Positions 1 to 12,260 of a stretch of DNA of 64,000 bases are shown piece after piece; within the stretch, counting starts at the first letter, position 1, and each line of letters starts with the position of its first letter. Source of the stretch: Sphyrna mokarran (lineage: Eukaryota). The DNA lies in contig JAGIQG010000016.1 in assembly GCA_024679065.1 (NCBI GenBank), forward strand, positions 12,710,001 through 12,774,000, in the 5' to 3' direction. The notes under the pieces are model-generated. The model had not been told where the DNA came from, searched no databases, and saw only the letters and a program-made list of their open reading frames with translations. The translations under genes were made by a program, and so were the position numbers.

Positions 1-74
1 GTTATTCACAGCTCTTGATACATGTTTAAACAATACGAGAATACAAATGCTGCTTTATGGCGGACTACTTTGCA

Positions 75-245
75 GTTGGCACAGTGCTACGTTTATTGAC
101 AGAACTGCCTCCGTGCATGAGGGACCAGTTTGATTCTAGCCTTGCCTGGAGATTGTATATTCATGTTATGTGTACGTATATTGTCTTGAGGTGTTCTGGT
201 CCTCCATCACAGTGCACAGATGAGCAGGCTGGGTGATTTGGTAGG
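75..245 (+). mobile_element. Degenerate tRNA-derived V-domain SINE (HE1-like)
   Basis: Head 'ggcacagtg...ctgcctcc...agggaccagtttgattctagccttg' followed by a decayed core 'gtgttctggtcctccatcacagtgcacagatgagcaggctgggtgatttgg', resembling the V-SINE consensus as I recall it. Confidence 0.6.
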
Positions 246-3200
246 CGTTTATTGCTTATTAGCGATGACAGAATTTGGGTGGATTCCCAATACTGATTTC
301 CAGGGCTAGCTGTTTTGGTTTACATATTGTTTCGAAGAGTCGACTCTGATTTGATGCTCGGGTTATGGCTGAATTGATGATGTCCTGAACGCCTTGCGAT
401 GCATTACTGTTGAAACAAGATAACTTTTGGAGCAGAGAATTGTTGAGCTGGAGATGGTCGAAGTCATTGCGGCTTAACATGTATTTGGGAACGTAGATAT
501 TCGTTAGCGAATTACCTATTTAATGGCACGTAATGATCTTAAAGGGTGTTACAACAATATTCCGAAAGAGAGAAGTCTTCATATCAAAAAAAAGAGACAA
601 GTTGCAGTGCAGGAAACGATTCAATCAAAACAAAACTATTTGCTAAGTTTTCACCAGGAACTTCATGGTACAGAGATATGTTGGCAGGCACCAGACGTTC
701 ATGGCTTCCTTCAAAGTCACAGCATATCCTGATTTTACTCTGCCTCACGCTGTTTTCTTTATCCCAACAATTCTGGTCCAGCGAATTTCAACATGCTGTC
801 TATTCAGGAATTAGCCAGGAAAATCCCTTTTTGGCTGCCTCTAATATTATTTTTGTTTTCAAAACAAGGTGATCAATTTGTACTCAGTGGTCCAGTTGAT
901 GCCTAAGCCATACTGCGCACAATTGCAACAAAACCTCCATATACCTAAACTGGTTAGCAATTAATGCAAACATGGCTTTTATCTTTTAAAGTTGTTGTTG
1001 GGCTGGTTAGTAGATCTTTTTGATGAATGCACGATTACGCCGAAATCAATCCACACTTAATTAAGCTCAGTCTCCACATTTCGATGTTGATTTCTCCTAG
1101 CAAAGTGCAAAATCTCACGTTTATTCACGTTTATCTTCAATTGCCATGTTTTCACTCAGAAAACAGTCCATTTATATCCTGTTTTAGAAACACATTATCA
1201 TCATAAAAGCATGTCCTTCCATTTATATTGTTACCATCAGCATGTGAGGGTGAATACAGTATTGGGCTCAGTTTGCAGCTAAATGCACGTACTTGAACAA
1301 TTTCGTGGAGTTTTACAGTTTCGGGAGGGGACTTGGACTAATCTCATTTGCTGCAATCTCGGGAAGAGATGAGGTCTACCTGTATGACAACTGTTCTAAA
1401 CATACATTGAACTGGGAGTAGAAACGTTAACGATAATCTAAATATGGTTTAATGAGATCTACTATTGACATTTTTTTTTATTATCACAACACAATATCAA
1501 ATCGCTTGTGTGTACTATCGATTTAATTTACGATTTCAAATCGTTTCCATTTCAAAACAATTCAGATCATTCCTGCAAAATACCGTTCAATCTTTATTTC
1601 GGTTCCACAGAGGGGTATGAAATAGATTGAGATGGTTCTGCAGTGCGAACTTATCTTGTTAATGATTGATTTAGTGTTGAGATATTGCATTCAATCCTGG
1701 CAGGAGACAGGGAAACTAACCAAGTTAGCGGAAATCCACTCAGGAAGATGCATTTCAGCTCCACTTCCAGGAGGGAGAGCATAAGAGAAGATCCGTCGAA
1801 CGAAAAATAGCTAATGGTGAAAAGAAAACTGACGCTATGGCTAATGTCACATGAGTAAGAAAATAATACAACAGCCACGCCCAATAAATGACTTTAAAAT
1901 GTGAATGCAAAGAAAACAAAAGTAGAATGGCACATAACATAAATGGGAATCCAAAAGTTTTCAAAAGTTAAGTCAGTAACAATCTCTGTGATGCCCTCAT
2001 TGCAGGACACTGAAACTTTGGAGTAAGGCAATCATTCTTTTCACAAAACAATGAACAACATTTCACCGCAAACTTCAATTTTATGTTGTACCATTGCTGT
2101 TTACTAAGAAGATTTTGAAAAAGGCATATCTCTCAAAATGTGTTTATTTTCTTTAAATCGTCTAACTTCTTCTATTTTGTTGCAGTAAGAAATTTCTCGA
2201 AGACAGTACCAAAAATACTTAATGTTTCCAATGAATTGCGGCAACCTTAAAAACAGAGTCTGTGACTGAATTTAGTGAATATGGCTTTACAAAAAAAAAA
2301 TCAGACTTTTCTAAACATTAATTTGATGGAGATGGGATGGAGTCTTCAAGATACCCATGACATTATTTTCACCTGGCATCGCAAACAGTCAGGAGAACTA
2401 ATGTAGTTACGAGAAGCGTTCGACATTGAGGTCGTGGAGGCATTTAATAGGGGTCGTATTCAATTCGAATAGGCAGCATAATGGAGCATGATGCACGTAA
2501 GCACTAAAACTTACAGGGCAACGAATGTAATTCTGAAGTTTGCTATGACCCTGATTAATTCAAGGTGGTTGAGGAATTGCGAAGTTTGCATGACAAAAAT
2601 ACATGTTAATATATAAGGTTGAAATTGTCACACTAGATTCTTAAGTTAAGATGGGTATCATGCAATAAATGCTTATATCTGTGAAGCGTGCTGACTAACA
2701 GAAAATATGTCTGAAATTTGTTTTCATGTTTAATACGTTTATTGAAAAGATTGCAGGAATCTCTATGGTCCATTAACAACATATTTTTTTAAACGACTTT
2801 TTTTTCTCTCTCTCATTCATGCATAAGTATTGGCAATATTGTGCAGAAACAAACATTCGTGATGAGGCTGAGATTATCATTTGTACGGGGAGATTGAAGA
2901 CCTTAGAAGTAGGTATTGTTCCCCATGGGGAAAAAGAAACTGAAAATGCTGAAGTGACGCAACAGGGCAGACATAGATACCAAGGTTACAATTTTCATCT
3001 TAAGTGCTGAATCTGGGCGCAATTCAGAATCGACTGTTAACATGTTTTCAGGCAAACCCGTAGGCGCTTTGCCTGAAAAAAAGATCGCAACTCCGATTTG
3101 CGCTGTGGGCGAGGCTTAGCACGCCCGAAACGAACGAATCGCTGACCTGCACATGCGCAGTTAAAAATAAATTGAAAAGTGGGCCTGTGTCACAACGCTC

Positions 3201-3511
3201 CTGGGCGACCCCGTAGTGATGCACCCCCACCAACGCCCCCACCCCAACCCCAGGGCCCAACACACTTCACACCCATCACTACAAAACTTTACATAATTTT
3301 TCGCACCATCTACAACTGCCTTTCCTCACACAGTTATTGCCTATCCCCTCCCCCGCACAGCGACCCCCATTCCCCTCCAAAAATGGCCATTCGGGGCGAT
3401 CAGCACCCCCCCACCCGAAGTATATCTTCCCCTCCACACCCTGCCCCCTCTATCTGGAATGATCTGTTCTCCCTCCATACTCCACTCCCCCCACAGAGAA
3501 TGCTCTGGCCT

Positions 3512-3840
3512 CAAAGAACAAAGAATAATACATCAGGGGAGGGGGAAAATAGGACCTTCGGCCCAACGAGACTTCGCCACCATTTTAACATTATGACTGC
3601 CCTCCTCTACTTACGAACGTTGTCTCGACATATTGGGGAAGATTGAGAGAGAACTAATTTAGGGACAACTTGTTACACCAATCAGCTTAAGAGCACGTTT
3701 TTGGGGTGTTGGAGGAAACTGGAGCATCTGGAGAAAACCCACGCAATCACGGGGAAAATGTGCAAACTCCCGCAGACACAGGCCCAAATCCGTATATCTG
3801 CACAACAAACAGTAATAAGCACTGAGCTGTCATGTTGCCC
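3512..3840 (-). mobile_element. V-domain SINE portion (HE1-like) of the composite element
   Basis: Reverse complement reads 'gggcaacatgacagctcagtg...ggagtttgcacattttccccgtgattgcgtgggttttctccagatgctccagtttcctcc' (V core) and ends in a HER1-like tail 'ctcgttgggccgaaggtcct...ttctttgttctttg'. Confidence 0.9.
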
Positions 3841-4540
3841 GTCAGGTGGTCCAGTTTAATCGTATACTAACGATGTGAAGCACTAGGCAACTCTCGAAGC
3901 AACATCCAAGAGCAGGCTTCGCACGACCCACCACATGTATGTCCCATGTCGGTCAACAAGTCGTGAAGTAAAATGTTTTTTTTTTTCCGGGGATTTGTCT
4001 ATTTTAATGTTTCCTAAAACAAAACCTAACACTTCCTCCCTTGTAATTTAAATTTACTCTAATGGATTAACACATCCCTCTGGCAGACTCCCAGTCAACA
4101 AGTCCCTCTCCTTTGTAAATACTGATGCAAAGTATTAATGCCATCAAAAAACATGCAATTCTTAGACTTACATTTACTGAACCCCTCAAAGCACAGAAAT
4201 AAAGCAAGTGAGCCATGGCATATGATGAAAGGTCCATCGGAATCATTTGATTCCCAAGGACGTCGGAAGGCTCTTGATTTTATTTAGAAAAATCCTCCGC
4301 ATCCCTCCATCTCTAGTTCGCTCATGTACCTGTATAAGTAAGTCTCAAACAAACCTAGCTTGCCTGCCTCGACCAGCTTACTTGGCAATGCATTCCAAGT
4401 TCCCACCCCACCTTCTGTGTGAAAAACCTCCCTCTGAATTCCGAATTATACCTCGCTTTTCTCACCCTAAGCTCGTAGCCCCTCGTAATTCTTGTATCCA
4501 ATGCCATCGTCCAACTGTCCCATACCCGATAATAATCTGG
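3512..4540 (-). mobile_element. 5'-truncated CR1 LINE 3' end with V-SINE-containing 3' UTR
   Basis: Minus-strand translation 'TRITRGYELRVRKARYNSEFRGRFFTQKVGWE' is a CR1 ORF2 C-terminus. 3512-3965 aligns with 37338-37776. The tail reads (caaagaa)n on the plus strand. Candidate TSD is tctggcctc (3504-3512) / tctggcttc (4536-4544). Confidence 0.85.
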
Positions 4541-5389
4541 CTTCATTCGTCCATTCCCACCCCGCAAGAGAATGGTCCCTTCCTGCCCTCCCCACCCCGC
4601 AACCTCACCAAGAATTATCTGGCCTCTCTCCATTGTCCCTCTCCGCCGTACATCTGAATCTGTTCCTGCTTCTTCCTCTTGCCCCACCAGATGATATCGG
4701 GCCTCCCTTCTCCCTCGCCCCACTCATCAGGCAACGATCTGACCCGCCTCACCAGCACGACATCCCCCCACTCCCCACACTCCACCCCATCGCGCCACTA
4801 CCACACAATTCAGTCAGAGATCAATTGGAGGTTCTCAACATACCTTTAGAAGCTGGAGCGCCCAAATGGGACTTCCATTTAGCATGTCGATTTCGGCTCC
4901 ATTCTCCATTGGCCAACGCAGTGGTAAAGAGGAAATGCTGAAAATGTTGGACGGGCAATTCATTAATACATTTCATATGCATGTCCATGCATTTAGATCA
5001 CCGTTGTGCCCGTTTCAATTGCAAGTCGAATCGCGTCCATTTCCGGCCTCAGTAAAGTGGTTATCTGTCTAAACATGAACGTGGATGTCGTTAATGATCT
5101 TACGCGCTACTTTGGCACGTTTTCGCACCCGAAAACGGGCGCGATGCAAAGGTTACATCGGGCGCATTATGTCAACGTCTTGCTTTGACTTAAAAACCTA
5201 TATTTGAACTATATTTGAATCGGCTTAGGCAGATATATACAGATGGTATGCACGTATTTTTCCTCGTGGGAATGCTTGGAATCAGGAATGCATCGACTGC
5301 AAATTTGTTTGATCAATACAATAGAGCAATTTAAATGCAAAAAAAAAACCTTCTCGAAAGTAGACTAAAACAATTCAATGTGGCAGTCA

Positions 5390-5800
5390 GTTTTATTATA
5401 TTCATCTTGAGGAACACTATCCTCGCAGAGTGTACCAGCACGTGTTGTCAACCCCTAGTCGCTCTTCACAAAGTCAGCTGAAATGTTTTCCACACGTGCC
5501 GCATTCCATAACCTGTAGGGAAACGCAGAGTACTACTTGTTCCCACATTTTGGTGCAGCGGTAGTGAAGAAACACTCATGCAATTTTGAATTACCTTGAC
5601 AAGTGACTTTGATTTGAAAATTCAGCTGTTGTTGTACTCCGGAAACTGTTGTTCCTCATTCGAGATCGCAAAGTTTGTTTGTTTGGAAGTTGCCAGCGAA
5701 ACTATCTGTTGTGTTCCTACAATGCATCTTGTAGAGGACACACAGTGGAACTAACATTCATGGATGACGGAGGGTTCGTGAATTTTTAGAAAGGGATTGT
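5390..5800 (-). mobile_element. Old CR1/L2-group LINE 3' fragment
   Basis: 'caatgcatcttgtagaggacacacagtgg...gacggagggttcgtgaat' resembles the antisense of the 'SLHHRR..AA...IYKMH' ORF2 C-terminal region. Confidence 0.5.
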
Positions 5801-5904
5801 TTTCGGAAATAAAGTAGTTGTGTATGAATATTGATTAGATTGTGAGAAGCACTGACGCAGCCACTAATCAGTTTCTTTCTCCCAGGTTTAAATTCATAAA
5901 TTCA

Positions 5905-6990
5905 ACCAACTCAGAGAGGTTTGCAGCATAGAAAATAGCATTTTGGCCAAACATGCTCCTCTCCCCCTTTGTTGTTAACCAGATACGAGTTCCAATTACC
6001 CGCCTATGAGCCATACCCTCCATACTCATCTTAACCATGTAACTCTCTGAACACTTTTCAATAGAATTGTACCCACTTCTACTATTACTACTGGTAGGTT
6101 ATTTCAGACACTCACCACCCTTTCTGTGAAAAAAAATAAATGCGCTTTGGGTCCGATAGTCTCTTTCACCTCTCACCTTAAATCAATGCCTTCTAGTTTT
6201 AGATGCCACTGTATTTTGGGGGCAAAATGGTTTTCCAGCTGATCTGTGCCCCTCATCACTTACAGACATCTGCAGATCACTACTAAGCCTCCTATGTTCC
6301 AAATGGGGAAAAACATCGCAAGCTATACAGCCTCCTCTTGTAACTCAAATCTTCAACTCCCGGTCGCATTCTTGTAAATATTTTCTACTTTTTTTTTAAA
6401 TTCTAGTATAATCTGCAATGGGATTATCACTAGTGTATACAGTGTTCCAAACATGATTTTATCAATCTCTTGTACAAGTTCATCAAGAGGTCCATCTCCT
6501 GTATATAATTTTTGACCAATGAAAAGAAGCATACTGAAAGCCTTCTTCACCATTACCTCCACCTGTGACCCCAATTTCAAAGAACAATGGACCTGTATCC
6601 TTTGATATTTTTTTCTTGATAATTCTCCCTATTGCTCTGCCATTAACGGAACAATTCCTACCCTAGTTTGATGCACCAAAGTTCATCAGCTTACATTTGT
6701 TTAATGTAACTCCATTTGCCACTCGTCAACCAACGGACCAATTTACTAAAATCCTGCTGCATTCCGAGATAACCTTCTTTACTGTCCACTGCACCACCAA
6801 ACGTTAAGCCATCCACAGACTTAGGAACAAAGTTCTCGTCAATCCTTAATATAAATGACAAATAACAGCAGACCCAGCACCGATTCCTGAGACATACCAC
6901 TGATCACTGGACATCAGTTTTAAAAAAAAACCTCTATAATTATTTTCTGTCTTCTGTCATCAAACAAATTGTGTCCATCATCATTTGCTT
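5905..6990 (-). mobile_element. CR1 LINE 3' fragment (RT domain end and tail), frameshifted
   Basis: ORFs 6691-6900 ('TFGGAVDSKEGYLGMQQDFSKLVRW') and 6353-6580 ('KLGSQVEVMVKKAFSMLLFIGQ') are typical CR1 RT motifs. A tail-like 'agcatgtttggccaaaatgct' lies near 5940 (reverse complement). Confidence 0.9.
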
Positions 6991-7220
6991 GAGTTGCGTG
7001 TTCACTTAATTCAATAAAACGCAAGCCACAAATCTCTCATCCGATATGTCACAGGATTTACCTCCCCTAGTTCAGATCCAGAAGCCCAGGGTTGACCGTT
7101 TAGTTATTTCTTCCTTCATATTTGGCAAACCCGGACAATGTTTGCATAATGTTTCTAAGTGATGCAATGCATTATGATAGACTATTCAATGTTTCTCTCA
7201 AAATGAATGATTCACATAGA

Positions 7221-7238
7221 CACACACACACACACACA
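7221..7238. repeat. (CA)n microsatellite
   Basis: Direct reading. Confidence 0.9.
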
Positions 7239-8730
7239 AATTCGGATGTGCACACATTTAATTACATAATGTTTACAAATCTGCCAGTAATTTATTAAAG
7301 CACATCATCACTCGGTGAGTTGATCAGAATGACCCAATACAGCATAAATCGTGCGACAAATTGCTTACACACATTGAAATCAAATTGTCAATACATTTCC
7401 TCATATATAGGCAATGCCTTTTCACATGTTTTCAATCCTTCATGTTAACTCACACCAACACACAAAATTGCACTATTCTGCCATGCTCCTTAGCACATAT
7501 GTCTTGTATTGAGTTATTAATTCACATCTGAACTCAGTGATGAAGGTGTCCAAGTAAACGAAGTTTAACATTTACTTGAAAGAGCACGACTGTTTGCCAA
7601 TGGAGTCATTACTGAAACGTTCCACAGGCATTTCAGGGATCCTGGTTTTGTCGATTCAGTAGACAATGCATTTGACTTCCAACAATCATGAATGATTCCA
7701 AAATTGTGCTTTCATTGACAATACTCTTTCTATCCACAATAAACATGTATATGGTCCAGTGAAAAAATTATCATTTATTCATATGATCGTTATCGATTAA
7801 GTAGCATTAAATATTTTCACCTGTGAACAAATAATAGTATATACTTGATTTTTACCTTTAAAACTTCTCTCTTCCAGCAGTTTCTCCATATCTATAAAAA
7901 GACAAAGCACGTGTCTCAGCTGTAATAAATGTATTCAAATAATGTGGAATCCTCTGTACTCATAAACCATGCTATTACTTGAACGAGAAGGAAAAAAAAA
8001 AATGACAGTCAGCCTAATTTCCTTTCACTGCAATTAGATCAGAGAGTCCTCGCCACAGGCGAAGTCAGGGAACGCAGGCCGATTTTCACATTGTCCTGTG
8101 TGCATCTTACGAAAGTACAATTTATGTGTTCTGCCAATTGGAGGTGAAACAGCATTCTGTCTTTCCCCCAAATGAAGTCAGTGACTTCTATTCCACTTCA
8201 GTGTTCCCCATAGAACTGGATATAAGACAGAATGCGATATTTAATTCTGGAATATATTCCCTGTAAATCAGGCGTTGGCGTATTATGTGCGAGTTTGCTG
8301 ATCATTGAATACCAGACTGATTTGAAAATAGTATTTCCCCTAAATCAGATTAGTAGAAAACGACGTTCCCCAACATTAAAAAAAAAACACGGGGTGAAAC
8401 AAAAAGTGTTTGAATTGAGGGAATTTAGACAACATTTAACCTAACTGTTAATTTTAAAGATGTAACTCGCTGGATCAAAACACAGTTTCCTTAGCTGCAT
8501 TCCTTGAAAATAACCAGATGTAATGATACAAAAAAACTAAAAAAAATGTAAACTCACATCTATTTTTGTTTGGACACATTACAATCCAGAAAACGTTATA
8601 ATTTCAGATGATCTACTTCTCACCAATGCCCAACAAAAAATAATTCCACCGTAACAGAGGGTAAGTAACAATTTATTTACCTGAAACTGTCACATCGGTA
8701 GAGAGCACCGGTAGAGAATATTGTAACATA

Positions 8731-8960
8731 TTCTTCTTCATCATCTCTGTATTTTTATTCTTCTCCTCTTACTTTATTCTTCTTCGTCTTCTTTTTCTTC
8801 TTCTTCTTCTTTGTTATTTATCTCCGTATTTTCTGCCTCTTCCTTTTATTTTTTGTCTTCATCTTTGATTCGTCATCATCTTATTATTCGTGTTTATTGT
8901 TGCCTTCTTTTTACCCCCCCTTCCTCCTCCTCCTCTTCTTCCTCTTCTTCTTCTTTCTAT
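8731..8960. repeat. CTT/CCT-rich low-complexity tract
   Basis: Imperfect (CTT)n and (CCT)n runs. Confidence 0.85.
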
Positions 8961-9351
8961 TGCTGTTGTCATTAGTATCACTATATGCCCAAAGATATAT
9001 GGCATTTTGGATACAAAAGATTGTACTTTCGAACTCGACATAGCTTGCAATTAGATTTACAGCCTGTTGATAACAAAAAAATACTCAAAGTGTACAGCAA
9101 ATTTTGCCCCGTATCTAAACATCCTGACATGTGATTACTTCTAAAGTGAGATCCACTGTTTTCACACGTTGAACAATCTCCCTGCACAGAACAGACACAT
9201 TGCAATAAACTCTGGAATGCATATTTCAGCTAGCTGAGGAGCCGTTTCTGGGGTAGTTTGTGCAAACTATAACAATTGCATTCTATTCGATTTATTCAAT
9301 TATTTGTGGTTCCACAAATAATAGTTCTGTCTCCTAACTCCCTCAAAATTG

Positions 9352-9352
<1 letters not shown>

Positions 9353-9398
<46 letters not shown>

Positions 9399-9405
9399 TG
9401 TGTGT
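9353..9405. repeat. (TG)n microsatellite
   Basis: Direct reading. Confidence 0.95.
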
Positions 9406-11881
9406 TTACGCGTTGTGTGTTGCCCGACTATCATACATAGGATTTGATTGTATGAATGAACAATATTACCTTATCCGTGTTAAAGTTGTTTGAAGTGAGT
9501 TGAAAAATCACTACAAACATCTGGTCTGTGGGTTCAGGTATAGCTCATTTCCAAAATTATTGTACAGGCACGCTTTCTTTCTCCCTCTCTCTCGCACACA
9601 TACGCACACACTGTTTATAAACAGACAGCGAGAGAATCCAAACAAACAATCAAAAATAACACTTTGTCGATCAAATAATTACTGTCAGGCTCACAGTATT
9701 AAAACAGATAAGTTAGAAGATCATGCTGCATGTCGGCATTTGCAGAAGCAATAAATAAGAGGATCATGGCAGATCTCGGATTACAAAAGCAATGATGGGG
9801 GAACGAAAACTGTAGTGTAATTGAAACATTGTGAGCAACGTATTAATATGATGACAACTGCGTGTTTGTATTGCAAACGGTTTGCATTGCAAATATGCCC
9901 CCAAAATATTGTGTCAATCTATTGGTGAAGGGAAGTGTTGAGTTTTCCCGGAAACATGTTCTGAAAATATTTTAACCTTGCATTTTTTAATATAGTTGTC
10001 AATGATGCAAAGAATATATCAGTATTAAGAAGTTTCACTATTTAGTTATATGTGCCATTTGATGGCACACGCATGAAACTTTCGTATTTCTTGGAAAGAG
10101 TGTACATACCGATTTAATGTAATCATACCAAATTAACTTGATATGCAAATTCCCCCGAGCTGTATAAGAACAGCTGTTTCAAACTAAATTTCGAAACCAT
10201 AACGTTAAGTGCAATCTAGGTTCATCTGCAGTGACGATATAATAATCAGATGCAGAATTTACTTCATTTGCGCTAGTGTCGACACTGTTACAAGGTGATT
10301 TGGACGTGGTGTTTCCTCCATTCTTACTCTTATTTCTATGTAGGTAGGATCGGACTGTAACAGTAGTCCAACAAGGCTGTTAAAACTTGCTATTGCATAA
10401 GCGGAAGGGATTCGATGACTCTTTCAATGCGTTGGAAGTTTGAATAATTAAATGTGAGTATGGATATCTATCATACTGGGATCAGAGAATTATTTACAGT
10501 TGCTGGAACAACAAACAAACGGAAGGAATGCAATCAACCTATTTAAACGTGCAGTTAGATTTGCAACAGATTTGCCATAGTACGGTCTTGAGTTGTACAC
10601 TGCAGATTTTGAAGTCGATGAGCAGTGTTTCAGATTATATATTCATGTGGTGATTTCCGTAGGTTTCATTGAGATAGCAATTATCATTGATTGATACAAG
10701 AACTTGATGAGCAAATTATATCATTTAAGGGATAGGCTGATATTGATATGCTTTTGCATTTGAAGGATGTTCTGGTTTGGAATTCACATCTCGACTTTTA
10801 GCGTTGACACTTCCCTGATTTTTTTTAAGAAATTGAAATTTTCAGTGCATCATCCGACAATGTTAGAATTCTGAGGTGCGATGTGACAAGATTCCTTTTT
10901 TTTCTGTTTTCACGAGAAAGCTCCATTTCATCTTTGCGTGTTTAAAATACGACATTGACTTCCTTTAACTTTCACTCTACAATGCTTCAGTTCCCTGCTG
11001 ATATATTACAGATGCTGCATATTTTTTTTTTCGGATAGTGATCCGTAGGGATTGAAATTAAAATCGTAGCTATTGAATTGAGATTTAGCATACTGAATTA
11101 ATTCGTCTTAATTTTGTGAAGTATCATCAGACAGATGGATCCGTTGTAGAACAGCTCTGTTTAATGTCTGAGACATATTCAACCACAGATACCTTCAAAC
11201 TACTTGAAAATTCACCGGTGCAAGGAAGAACAGAATATCTTTTCCATTCGCCTATTCCTCCAGAGGAACTATTTTGCCTGTTTTGCCGATCAATGTCATA
11301 CTCAGCACAGAATCATTCACTCATTGGGTATGGATTATCTTGAAGACCCGATCACTACTCGGAACCGTTTCTAAAATTTCAAAATTCAATTCGCTATGTT
11401 AATTGTTTCCGCATTCACAGATTCAGTTTCAAATTCAAAAGTGGCAAAGTGATTTCTTTTAATTTTTAAGTACATTTATGGAAAAAGTCCGAATAGGTTT
11501 GCAAGAGCACATTGTTCACTGGGAAATTTAGCATGAGATAGGCATGGTTAACGCATTCAACGAGTGTGATTGGCAAATATAAATTTATGCTCATGAAACT
11601 TGACTACAAGTGTTTGCATGTGTTTGTTAATTCCAAAAAGAAGTAAATTAAGAAGTAGCTAGTTGACATATCAATTACGAAATTTTTATTCAAAATTGGA
11701 GTGCGATCCCAAAATAAGTACAGTCTTAATGCATCGCTAAACTGGTTAGATTATTCACGTCTTTTAACTATACCTGCCGCTGTCCTAAAAATGGCAAGAT
11801 TTTCGTAATCATTAAAATAAAAAAACGCATAATTTTTGCAGAATTTCATCTTTAGCTTTTGCACCGTTTTTCAAATTATAT

Positions 11882-11895
11882 GTCCTCGTCTCCAG

Positions 11896-11932
<37 letters not shown>

Positions 11933-11976
11933 GTGTGTGTGTGTGTATGTGTGTGTGTGAGTCCTCGTCTCCAGAT
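11882..11976. repeat. (TA)n(TG)n compound microsatellite flanked by a 16-bp direct repeat
   Basis: gtcctcgtctccagat occurs at 11882-11897 and 11961-11976. Confidence 0.95.
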
Positions 11977-12196
11977 CCATTAAGGGAAATACGGAGAAAG
12001 CGTTGAAGTCTTCGCCTTTTAAATTTTTGATGGTGTGGGTTTACAATTCTATTTAAGCATATAGGGAAAAGTAAAAAAAAAATGACACCTATGCTTGGAG
12101 GAAATTAGTAAATTAGCCTGTCCTGTTCAGTGGACGTACTTCCCCGAGCAAATGTGTATTTATGATTTGGACCTATTTTATCCAAAGCTCGTTCAT

Positions 12197-12260
12197 CCTA
12201 CTACTACTACTAATACCACTACTACTACTACTAATAATAAAATTATTAATAATAATGATA
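12197..12260. repeat. (CTA)n/(TAA)n trinucleotide repeat
   Basis: Direct reading. Confidence 0.9.

Larger units (their letters stand above)
3015..5165. mobile_element. PIF/Harbinger-like non-autonomous DNA transposon, interrupted by a CR1-SINE insertion
   Basis: Ends are GGGCGCAATTCAGA (3015) and, read as reverse complement, GCGCCCGATGTAACC (5165). Both subterminal regions align by eye with the two ends of the 51050-54075 element in opposite orientation. The interior is C-rich. Confidence 0.65.

Noticed and set aside
3179-3646. 155-aa proline-rich ORF
   Set aside because: It results from the C-rich transposon interior and runs into the SINE tail.
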